Source: an uncultured virus (IMG/VR IMGVR_UViG_3300020047_004730)
Lineage: Duplodnaviria; Heunggongvirae; Uroviricota; Caudoviricetes; Crassvirales
Virus record (IMG/VR): IMGVR_UViG_3300020047_004730
Strand: one strand, 5' to 3'
Length of the DNA: 64,000 nt
Part shown: positions 19,641 to 27,254 of the stretch, in pieces
Layout: each line of letters begins with the position of its first letter
Position numbering within the stretch: the stretch's first letter is position 1
Made by a program: the position numbers and the translations under genes
Notes under the pieces: generated by a model
Seen by the model: only the letters and a program-made list of their open reading frames with translations
Databases searched by the model: none
Told to the model about the DNA's origin: nothing

Positions 19641-19930
19641 AAAGAATTTTTGAGTTATTGCACGTCTGGAGTGATTGGGTAATATATACATTTCACGCGC
19701 GCCCGTGCGAAAGGAAAGCGTTCGAAAACGGCATGGGGGGGTGCTGAATTTCAGACTTTCGTCCTAACTTTTTACCTTTTTGTCTGCATCCCTTGTGCCT
19801 AGTAGCTATGCGCTGATGCATGCATGTATACGCTGCCTATGTTATGCGTGTGTTGATACTTGATGTATTACTTTAAGTCAGCCAATCTAACTTACTGCAA
19901 TCCATATCGTTACGCATCAATTCATATTCT

Positions 19931-19958
19931 ATTTAACATAATGTATATTATAAGACAG
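19931..19958 (-). other. dif: dif-like XerC/XerD recombination site
   Basis: Minus strand CTGTCTTATAA-TATACA-TTATGTTAAAT; canonical XerD arm and 11-6-11 layout. Confidence 0.8.
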
Positions 19959-20254
19959 TCATCGCTAATGCGCTGATGCACAAGCGTTTATGCATTCATT
20001 ACTTCTTTGAGCCGGTATGCATGCCTTTACTTGGTGCTGTAAGTGATGCTGTCTTGCCTTGATTCAATGCATTAATTTGTCGCTGCCTGACCTGATACTT
20101 TTGCATGCGTTCGTACATGCTGACTGTTTGAATAGCCCCACCAATATCCCTTCCTCCCATTAATTAAATCCTGCACATACGCACGCGCACGCGTAAGGGG
20201 ATGTAATTCATTCATTATCAATGACTTAAGTAATGATGTCAAACTGTTTTGATT

Positions 20255-20309
20255 ATTCGTCGAAGAAATACTATCATTCGTCGAAGAAATAAGGTCATTC
20301 GTCGAATAA
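20255..20309 (+). repeat. Three 21-bp-period direct repeats
   Basis: ATTCGTCGAA at 20255, 20276, 20297. Confidence 0.8.
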
Positions 20310-20333
20310 TTCGAAAATAATTGATAAAAGTCA

Positions 20334-20363
20334 TTGTCAATCAAATCAAATGCACTAGATTTG
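20334..20363 (+). promoter_or_regulatory. Putative major early promoter (Bacteroidota -33/-7)
   Basis: TTG at 20334, 19-bp spacer, TAGATTTG at 20356-20363; heads the plus-strand arm. Confidence 0.6.
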
Positions 20364-20540
20364 TTTCAAGCAAGTCGGGAAAACGTTCTCAGTTTTACTT
20401 AGCTTAAATGACAGCCTTTCAGACGTTACAGTGACGAACTAGTATGCTACATGAGGTGAGAGAAGTACGAAGAGTTAAGGCATGGTACAAGCACAGTCTT
20501 AATGAGTAGTGAGTAACTCAGTCAATCAATATCTAATATC

Positions 20541-20552
20541 GTTCTTTGACAT
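20541..20552 (+). promoter_or_regulatory. boxA-like antitermination element
   Basis: GTTCTTTGACAT resembles rrn boxA (E. coli TGCTCTTTAACA). Confidence 0.5.
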
Positions 20553-20828
20553 ACGAAATTATACAATAGAATACTTCTCGGTATTAAGGAAAGTGAGTAA
20601 TGAAATTACAGTAATTATTTAGACCCTGTGTGATACGTTCTAAAGCGCATCAGATAATCATTTATGAGCCGACAGAGATTTGAGTATAGTGGATTTGGGC
20701 ATTTATTCTAGTCGGGAATAAAAGAATGCTGCAATTATAGACGTCAATTGGAATGGAAATTCGCGAATTGAAATCATTTAAGACATCCGATGAGGGAACG
20801 GGGCTGAAAAGTCTAAGCCAATTCCCTC

Positions 20829-20877
20829 GCTTTTCAGCATGTGTATGCTGACTGATGATTCCTAAAGGATGAAAAGC
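20829..20877 (+). ncRNA. Type III hammerhead ribozyme (core variant)
   Basis: GCU-U-U / UCAGCAU-gugu-AUGCUGA / CUGAUGA / U-UCC-uaaa-GGA-U / GAAA-AGC. Confidence 0.65.
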
Positions 20878-20983
20878 AAACGTAAATATTTAAAACCTAG
20901 AAATTATGGGCATATTAGTTTGTTGGCTGCTAGCAGCAGCTGTAATTTACTTGAAATATTATTTATTAATTAAACTATAAGTT

Positions 20984-21136
20984 ATGGAAACGATATCATC
21001 ATTAAATGAAGACAGATACATTGTAGTTGATGAGTTAGGCTATAATGTAGATGGCGAGCATTATTCATTGCAAGATGCTAAAGCGAGACTATCTGAAATG
21101 GCTGACTATATTACTATCAAAAAATTAGAGTCATGA
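20984..21136 (+). CDS. Small early protein (50 aa)
   Basis: Read manually: METISSLNEDRYIVVDELGY... Confidence 0.55.
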   Translation: METISSLNEDRYIVVDELGYNVDGEHYSLQDAKARLSEMADYITIKKLES

Positions 21137-21279
21137 CAGCAGTTATCACGTTCAAAAATTCACGCAAGGAGTACTACCAAGTTGTGAAGGAATTCAATGA
21201 CATCCGTCACTTGGAGAATTACATCGCCAAGGTAGACGGAAAGCAAGGCGTAAAGTATATAAACTACGAGATAAAGTAA
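21133..21279 (+). CDS. Small early protein (48 aa)
   Basis: Read manually: MTAVITFKNSRKEYYQVV...; ATGA overlap with previous gene. Confidence 0.55.
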   Translation: MTAVITFKNSRKEYYQVVKEFNDIRHLENYIAKVDGKQGVKYINYEIK

Positions 21280-21302
21280 TCAACAATTTAAATTAAGTAA
21301 TC

Positions 21303-21713
21303 ATGAAAAAGTACATTATAGTAGACACCTTCAATGGCGAAGGCTACAGCAACAGCAAGGCAGAAGTAAAGGAATTCGAGTCATTAGATGAGGCTAAGGT
21401 ATATGCATACAATTTGGCTAACGAATTTTGTGGTGACAATGGTAGCTTAGTCCTAACGGAACGTCAAGTTATTTATGGAATCAATCCAATAGATGAGGAC
21501 GAGTATGACAGCTATGGTGCTGTACATTTCGAAGAATTGCCAGACGGAATTGTATCAGTTACAATCAATCCGGACGTGAACGAGTATGCTCTACATGACG
21601 CAGAGTCTGACGCAGAAGTTGTAGAGTACATCAAGTCAGAATCAGAAGACTTTGAGCAATTGGAAGACTGTCATCACCTAGATGACGAGGTAGTTATTTA
21701 TCAAAAACTTTAA
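21303..21713 (+). CDS. Acidic early protein
   Basis: ORF track; very D/E-rich. Confidence 0.75.
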   Translation: MKKYIIVDTFNGEGYSNSKAEVKEFESLDEAKVYAYNLANEFCGDNGSLVLTERQVIYGINPIDEDEYDSYGAVHFEELPDGIVSVTINPDVNEYALHDAESDAEVVEYIKSESEDFEQLEDCHHLDDEVVIYQKL

Positions 21714-21799
21714 GACATGAACGCATCAAACCAAAGATTAATCCTTATAGGATTATCAAGACTAATGAATTTATACATTAACAAATATAATTAAGAAAC

Positions 21800-22045
21800 A
21801 TGAACGGAAAAATCCCAAATGGTATCGGCTTCCAAGCGACAGCCGGTACAATCAGACAGCTAACAATCCGCGAGAGATTGCAGCAAATAGCACTAAGCAA
21901 GCAGGCAGGTGAGCTAAACCACATTGTGTTGGGCAAGCTAACAATACAGCCATCACGCGCTGCTGAGTTAATTAGTTTGTACAGTGATGCAGACCTCATT
22001 AGATTGAAGAGATTATTATTCACGCCACTAGGCATTAAATCGTAG
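21800..22045 (+). CDS. Hypothetical protein
   Basis: ORF track. Confidence 0.6.
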   Translation: MNGKIPNGIGFQATAGTIRQLTIRERLQQIALSKQAGELNHIVLGKLTIQPSRAAELISLYSDADLIRLKRLLFTPLGIKS

Positions 22046-22050
22046 GAGTT

Positions 22051-22335
22051 ATGAATACAGAAATCAAATCAATGGAGTTATATGTTTCGCCAATGAAACA
22101 AAGAAACATAAACAAATTCGGTCAGGTCGGAAATCAGTGTGAGTGCTGTGGAAAACTAATGAAAGATAGCGACTACTTGACCGTTCACATGGGAGTTGAT
22201 TGGATGGCTTACAATGTAGGAACAACTACAGTTGTTGATGAAGTTGAATTCATCACCGGAACCGACGTTGAAAGTCAGGGATGTTTTCCTATTGGAAACG
22301 ATTGTGCAAAAAAGATGAAAGGATTCACATTTTAA
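22051..22335 (+). CDS. Zn-finger-like protein
   Basis: CECCGK...GCFPIGNDC. Confidence 0.7.
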   Translation: MNTEIKSMELYVSPMKQRNINKFGQVGNQCECCGKLMKDSDYLTVHMGVDWMAYNVGTTTVVDEVEFITGTDVESQGCFPIGNDCAKKMKGFTF

Positions 22336-22346
22336 AACTAAACGCC

Positions 22347-22967
22347 ATGTTATTTAACCCAAAAAGAAATTACGGAGAATACAACTACTCTCAAGGAGAG
22401 ATTTACGTTAAGTTTAATGACTGTTTCACGGGCACCATCAGATGCCTTAGAGACTTGTATAGACTATTGAACGAGCCTAGAGAGTCTAAGGACATGCTAG
22501 ATATTACATACGTGTCTAGCAAGGTAGAGGAGGACTTCTTACGGTATGTGATTGAATTGATTCAGTCATACAGAGAGGCTATTGAGAACAAGACATTCAA
22601 GAATTCTTTTGTTCAAGGCTCTACTGACAAGGCAAAGAACGATATGTCCAAGAAGAGATACGAGTGGGCAAAAAAGCATCGTCATGCAGTTGAGTTAGTT
22701 ACCACCTCAGGTGGTGGCTTCATAGTTGGAGATGCTAATGGGAGGTCAGAGGTATTGACTGACATGTTCTTCTTTGATAAGAATTATCCTACCATCAGGG
22801 ACACGCAGAAGGTGTATGACATATGCATTGAGTCAGGGTTAACAGACTTTCAGATTGTGTGGGTATCTGACATCAGGTTTTGGGATACTCACGCAGATAA
22901 GTTTAACGGAGAGTTTCCTGAGCATGGAGACGATGGAACAGACACAATAATATTATCAACATACTAA
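22347..22967 (+). CDS. Hypothetical protein (likely start MLFNPK)
   Basis: ORF track; internal ATG after an A-rich leader. Confidence 0.7.
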   Translation: MLFNPKRNYGEYNYSQGEIYVKFNDCFTGTIRCLRDLYRLLNEPRESKDMLDITYVSSKVEEDFLRYVIELIQSYREAIENKTFKNSFVQGSTDKAKNDMSKKRYEWAKKHRHAVELVTTSGGGFIVGDANGRSEVLTDMFFFDKNYPTIRDTQKVYDICIESGLTDFQIVWVSDIRFWDTHADKFNGEFPEHGDDGTDTIILSTY

Positions 22968-22979
22968 AAACTAAACATT

Positions 22980-23351
22980 ATGAAAAACTTACATGACTTC
23001 GTTGCGTCCATCATTGATAATGGTGGAGCAACATTCAACATCGTGACTGGCACAGCACCAACCACCGGATTTGTGGTATCAGAGAAGGGATTCGAATCCG
23101 TCTTGCCGATCTTTGGAGATGACGTCACCAAGCAGATACTAATACATTCAGCTGTCTCTCTATTTATCGCAGAGAATGGAGTAGAGTTAAACAATCCTAT
23201 AAATTTCTTAGGCGGATGGGTAGAGGGTAGTGACTTGGTATTGGATATCTCAAGGGTATACGATAGCGAGAGCGATGCGCTGCATTTTGCAGTTAAGAAT
23301 GGACAGAGGGCTTACTACCACATTGACAACGATAAAACTACGGAGCTATGA
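22980..23351 (+). CDS. Conserved phage early protein
   Basis: GGATF...GFVVS...LGGW...LDIS...GQRAYY motif. Confidence 0.75.
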   Translation: MKNLHDFVASIIDNGGATFNIVTGTAPTTGFVVSEKGFESVLPIFGDDVTKQILIHSAVSLFIAENGVELNNPINFLGGWVEGSDLVLDISRVYDSESDALHFAVKNGQRAYYHIDNDKTTEL

Positions 23352-23530
23352 ATTTAAGGGAGCTAGACAGCCTTATATCAAGGCTGCAAGAGAATGCAGA
23401 CAGCAATATTGACCTTATCCTCTTCTATAATCAGAAGAGGGTAGAGTTGATTCATCGCCTGTGTGACGAGCTAATATCAATCCTTAAGGATGATTGTGAT
23501 TACAGTAAACAAGTTAATGTAAACAAATAA
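23348..23530 (+). CDS. Hypothetical protein
   Basis: ORF track; ATGA overlap. Confidence 0.6.
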   Translation: MNLRELDSLISRLQENADSNIDLILFYNQKRVELIHRLCDELISILKDDCDYSKQVNVNK

Positions 23531-23541
23531 ATAAATAAACC

Positions 23542-23850
23542 ATGAGAAAAGTAGCATTATTATTAGGATTGACAGTATTATTATTTTCTTGCAAGAAGGA
23601 AGACAAGAAGTGTAACTGTGGTAAAATTACGAACGATAACGTTGAGTTTGACGGTAGTGGAAATGTGTTCTACACGCTGACAATTCAGAACGATTGTTCC
23701 GGTAATTCAGGCAAGTATTACTTTGACTATGATGTCTGGCTAAATGCAAATGTAGGTGAGAATTTTTGTGTGACGAATGTATCGTCATGGATTTTTGAGC
23801 CAACATCACCTACCACGTCACATAGTGTAGACAATAAATCAATCAATTAA
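23542..23850 (+). CDS. Lipoprotein
   Basis: MRKVALLLGLTVLLFS-CKKED lipoprotein signal. Confidence 0.8.
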   Translation: MRKVALLLGLTVLLFSCKKEDKKCNCGKITNDNVEFDGSGNVFYTLTIQNDCSGNSGKYYFDYDVWLNANVGENFCVTNVSSWIFEPTSPTTSHSVDNKSIN

Positions 23851-23852
23851 TT

Positions 23853-24011
23853 ATGTTCGCGCCATTATTTTGGGTAGGATTCACGTTCACGCTGTATCGC
23901 TGCTCTATCTCAAGGTATTCAGCCATTCGTATAATCGGTGTTCCGCTATCGTTCGCAGGAATGATGGTGGGCATGCTGTTTACTCTTAAATGGTATCTAC
24001 TAGGTATTTAA
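23853..24011 (+). CDS. Small membrane protein (52 aa)
   Basis: Read manually: MFAPLFWVGFTFTLYRC... Confidence 0.45.
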   Translation: MFAPLFWVGFTFTLYRCSISRYSAIRIIGVPLSFAGMMVGMLFTLKWYLLGI

Positions 24012-24026
24012 CTAAAACTATAAACT

Positions 24027-24206
24027 ATGGCAGATATAACGATGTGTACGGGTGAGGGATGTCCGTTAGCTAAAACATGCTACCGGCACAATGCACCTTC
24101 TAGTATGATGCAGTCATTCTTTATGGAGGCTCCATATGACAGTGATGAGGAATCATGTCAGTACTATTGGAAGGACAAGGCTGACAGAACTGACGAAGTT
24201 GATTAA
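24027..24206 (+). CDS. Small Cys-rich phage protein (59 aa)
   Basis: Read manually: MADITMCTGEGCPLAKTCYRH...CQYYW. Confidence 0.7.
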   Translation: MADITMCTGEGCPLAKTCYRHNAPSSMMQSFFMEAPYDSDEESCQYYWKDKADRTDEVD

Positions 24207-24397
24207 AAAACTGACGAAGTTCTGACGCAAGGAAGCGCATAAACACTGGTGTTCTGACGTAACTGACGAAGTTACTCTATTAAGATTTCTTTAAACTTTA
24301 ATTAGTAATTACTGTATATATATAGTAATAGGAATCAATTCGTCAGTTACGTCATTCGTCAGTGATAGCGCGACCTAACAAGAAATCAATTCGTCAT
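24181..24397. repeat. Iteron array / putative origin 2, inverted relative to origin 1
   Basis: CTGACG at 24190, 24211, 24222, 24254, 24263; CGTCA at 24341, 24350, 24357, 24392; AT-rich core. Confidence 0.7.
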
Positions 24398-24411
24398 TAA
24401 AAAGAAAAGAT

Positions 24412-24654
24412 ATGAAGGTAACAATAGAGTTCGATGGTATTGAGGAGCAAGAAGAATTGCAGTCAGCCATTGATGGAGGAAAATGGAAGGCATTAGTTTG
24501 GGAGATCGATCAGGAGTTAAGGAAGGTGGTAAAGTATAACAGCAGCATTATTGATGCTAGCAAGCCTGCCAGTCTTGAGGAGGTTGAATTTGCCGATAAG
24601 TTCAGGGAGTTTATTCGGGAGTTAGCAAGTGGCTATGGATTAGTCATTGAATGA
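24412..24654 (+). CDS. Hypothetical protein
   Basis: ORF track. Confidence 0.7.
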   Translation: MKVTIEFDGIEEQEELQSAIDGGKWKALVWEIDQELRKVVKYNSSIIDASKPASLEEVEFADKFREFIRELASGYGLVIE

Positions 24655-24678
24655 TTGTGAACACTTAAAATTAATAAG

Positions 24679-24867
24679 ATGAAAACAGCAGTAGAATGGT
24701 TGGTTGAGAAATTAGATGAGCAAAAATTTATAACTAAATCTCAAATTTATATAGCAGAGAAAATGGAAAAGCAGCAGATAGAAACAGCATTTGAAGAAGG
24801 AATGTTTCACCATACAAGTGGATTATGTCCTGATGAATATTATGAAGAAACCTATAAATCAGAATAA
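24679..24867 (+). CDS. TAVEWL-family small phage protein
   Basis: MKTAVEWL...MEKQQI...YYEETYKSE; paralog at 26858. Confidence 0.75.
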   Translation: MKTAVEWLVEKLDEQKFITKSQIYIAEKMEKQQIETAFEEGMFHHTSGLCPDEYYEETYKSE

Positions 24868-24868
24868 G

Positions 24869-25249
24869 ATGAAACAGATAGTATATAACTCTGTAACTTG
24901 TCAGGAGTGCAGTGAAACAATAGTAAGTTACCATCGTCATGACTATAAGACATGCTCATGTCCAAACGAGGCAATGGTTGATGGCGGTACAGAGTACTTG
25001 AGGTATGGTGCAAAATATATGAATAAAATAAAATTATTTGCAGTATATGATGACGATGACTTTGAGATTGTAAGAGAATATGCCACGAGAGGTAGCAGAG
25101 GTAAGGATGGAGATAAGCCATTATCGTACATCGCGATACGCGATATGGATGATGAATACCTAGAGGCGGTGCTTGAATATGGCGGTGCGGACTGGCATTT
25201 GAATCTTATTAAAAAAGAGATTGAGTATAGAAGAAATGCTAACACTTAA
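24869..25249 (+). CDS. Zn-binding conserved phage protein
   Basis: CQEC...SYHRHDYKTCSC...VDGG; likely start MKQIVY. Confidence 0.75.
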   Translation: MKQIVYNSVTCQECSETIVSYHRHDYKTCSCPNEAMVDGGTEYLRYGAKYMNKIKLFAVYDDDDFEIVREYATRGSRGKDGDKPLSYIAIRDMDDEYLEAVLEYGGADWHLNLIKKEIEYRRNANT

Positions 25250-25259
25250 AAATATTATC

Positions 25260-25433
25260 ATGAACACACAAGGAATTATTTTGCACATGATATCGGTAGT
25301 TGAGGACTACATCTACAAGATGAAGGGAGTTCGTGTATCAATTAATACAATCGCGATAATGATAAGTCAGGACCAGCTGGAAAAACTGATTGATGCGTTC
25401 AATCATGTAAAGAGTGAGGAGTATTATAAATAA
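25260..25433 (+). CDS. Hypothetical protein
   Basis: ORF track, internal ATG. Confidence 0.55.
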   Translation: MNTQGIILHMISVVEDYIYKMKGVRVSINTIAIMISQDQLEKLIDAFNHVKSEEYYK

Positions 25434-25443
25434 ACTAATTAAT

Positions 25444-25557
25444 AGTCAGGTGGCGGAAGGGTAGGGGTGTCTCCCTGCCGTGGTAGACGCTAATTAACAG
25501 ATAGAGGGAATAAAGGAATGGTTATCTCTCATGCATGTTCGAATCATGCCCTGACTA
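25444..25557 (+). ncRNA. tRNA-Leu-like RNA with extra D-loop hairpin and no canonical anticodon arm
   Basis: Acceptor AGTCAGG/CCTGACT + A; T arm GCATG-TTCGAAT-CATGC; D arm GCGGAA...TGGTAGACGC. Confidence 0.75.
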
Positions 25558-25577
25558 CTAATTTAAAACTAATTGAT

Positions 25578-25721
25578 ATGATAAAGTACTTAATTATAGT
25601 TCTGCTGATGAATATTGCAGTTATTTCAGGCATCATGTATTCATTTCAGTACTCAGCGTTTTATGGATTTGGTCTAGTGGTAGTCATTCCAGCATTTACT
25701 TATATAATCAGAAAGGCATGA
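25578..25721 (+). CDS. Small membrane protein
   Basis: MIKYLIIVLLMN...; two hydrophobic segments. Confidence 0.55.
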   Translation: MIKYLIIVLLMNIAVISGIMYSFQYSAFYGFGLVVVIPAFTYIIRKA

Positions 25722-25912
25722 AGACATACATCATTCAGACAAGACTTGGACCTAATGAGTTCTTTATAACGGTCGACACGGCAGACATAGGTTCGGCAAT
25801 AATTCTAGCAGGTGAATACCTCAGTGACTTGGATCCGGACGCAATATTTAACATTTACTCAGTACGTCAGAGCAGTCTGCATGTAGTACTTGAGGATATA
25901 TTTTTGAACTAG
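25718..25912 (+). CDS. Hypothetical protein
   Basis: ORF track. Confidence 0.65.
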   Translation: MKTYIIQTRLGPNEFFITVDTADIGSAIILAGEYLSDLDPDAIFNIYSVRQSSLHVVLEDIFLN

Positions 25913-25914
25913 AC

Positions 25915-26148
25915 ATGGGAATAGAGATAGATAACTATGATGGAGCGTTCGAGGTATTGGACGGTCTATTTAAGGGACGTGTAGTCATCAAGGATTTAGT
26001 AAGTGAGTTAGAGGATACGGTCTTCATTCACGGACCTGAGGCAGTAGATAATCAGGTAGCGAAGCATTTAAATCAGTCAGGATTTCATGTTGTCGGGATT
26101 ATCAGATGTACATCAGAGCGTACAATTATGATTGTGAATAAAAGATAG
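25915..26148 (+). CDS. Hypothetical protein
   Basis: ORF track. Confidence 0.65.
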   Translation: MGIEIDNYDGAFEVLDGLFKGRVVIKDLVSELEDTVFIHGPEAVDNQVAKHLNQSGFHVVGIIRCTSERTIMIVNKR

Positions 26149-26154
26149 GAAGTT

Positions 26155-26361
26155 ATGACAGCAGCAAAGAAGAAAGCGAATGAGTTAGTTGATAGGTATA
26201 TAGAGTACGTTGAAGCCTACTCGTCAGAAGGACAGATTGAGAATGCAAAAGTTTGTGCATTGATCGCAGTAAATGAGATACTACTAATAACTTGGGTAGA
26301 TAGCATTTTGACAGTTCAAGAATTCTGGCAAGAAGTCAAATCAGAAATAAAATCGATATGA
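26155..26361 (+). CDS. Small phage protein (KKKANEL...CALIAV family)
   Basis: ORF track; similar pattern to 28459-28698. Confidence 0.7.
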   Translation: MTAAKKKANELVDRYIEYVEAYSSEGQIENAKVCALIAVNEILLITWVDSILTVQEFWQEVKSEIKSI

Positions 26362-26434
26362 AATCCTAAAACTCGATTCAGTTAATATGTTTTGGGAAGA
26401 TGTTGTTTTTAACACTTAATTAATTTAAAATAAG

Positions 26435-26689
26435 ATGAAAAAATCAGACGAGAAAAGACTTCATTCAGCGATTGAGGATATACTATGGATGGCTGCAAGG
26501 TACGCACATGGAAGGCATACATACGCACCATCTATGGTTAGACGTTCAGTATCAGTATTCAAGGATATATTTCCTGAATTTAAAATAAAGCAAGACCATG
26601 TGATTGAATCTCCATCTGATGATGAAGTACGTGGTACTTCCTTCAGGAGTGACTATTTAGATGACATTTTTAATAATAAAAACCAGTAG
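26435..26689 (+). CDS. Hypothetical protein
   Basis: MAARYAHGRHTYAP motif. Confidence 0.7.
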   Translation: MKKSDEKRLHSAIEDILWMAARYAHGRHTYAPSMVRRSVSVFKDIFPEFKIKQDHVIESPSDDEVRGTSFRSDYLDDIFNNKNQ

Positions 26690-26690
26690 T

Positions 26691-26855
26691 ATGACAGATG
26701 AAGAGAAAAAAGAAGAAGCAAAGAGAAGAGCTGAAATAATTATGAGTTTAAAAGAAGGCTATAAACCAAAAGATGAAAAGAAAATAATAAAAGTCAAAGA
26801 GTTTAATAAAACTCCTAAAAACTATGGTAAGTTATTAACTAAAAAAAAGTGGTGA
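26691..26855 (+). CDS. Small Lys-rich protein
   Basis: ORF track, internal ATG. Confidence 0.5.
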   Translation: MTDEEKKEEAKRRAEIIMSLKEGYKPKDEKKIIKVKEFNKTPKNYGKLLTKKKW

Positions 26856-26857
26856 TT

Positions 26858-27037
26858 ATGACAGCAGTAGAATGGTTAGAAGAAAGATTAGATATTGATT
26901 TAGTCGATAATGGTTTTTATTTTGATAGAGCCAAAGAAATGGAGAAGGAAATAATACGTACAGCATATCTTGATGGTATGGATGGTGAATATAATACATC
27001 AGAACAGTACTACAACGAAACCTTTAAATCAGAATAA
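26858..27037 (+). CDS. TAVEWL-family small phage protein
   Basis: Paralog of 24679-24867. Confidence 0.75.
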   Translation: MTAVEWLEERLDIDLVDNGFYFDRAKEMEKEIIRTAYLDGMDGEYNTSEQYYNETFKSE

Positions 27038-27038
27038 G

Positions 27039-27254
27039 ATGAGAATTTATCAATTAAAAACAGCAAAACAATTTTTAAACTATTTTAAAGATAGCGATTT
27101 AACACAAGAAGAATTAATGCAAATGTACGCAGCAGAAGTTTCAAAAAAATTTGCTGCCGAATGTGTTAATGAAGCACTTGGAAATAAAATGGAAGTATCA
27201 AACTCTTTGCATCACGCAATAGAAGAAAAATACAACTCAATTATCTGGGAATAA
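27039..27254 (+). CDS. Hypothetical protein flanked by 24-bp direct repeats
   Basis: MRIYQLK...; start ATG lies in the repeat. Confidence 0.65.
   Translation: MRIYQLKTAKQFLNYFKDSDLTQEELMQMYAAEVSKKFAAECVNEALGNKMEVSNSLHHAIEEKYNSIIWE

Noticed and set aside
20255..20309. Mini-CRISPR array
   Set aside because: The period is only 21 bp, with no room for spacers and no cas genes
20072..20344. 90-aa minus-strand ORF from the track
   Set aside because: Translates the 21-bp repeats (STND x3) and overlaps regulatory motifs; likely spurious
25444..25557. Canonical tRNA, intron-containing tRNA or tmRNA
   Set aside because: No 5-bp/7-nt anticodon arm, no G3.U70 alanine identity or tag ORF; reported as tRNA-like instead
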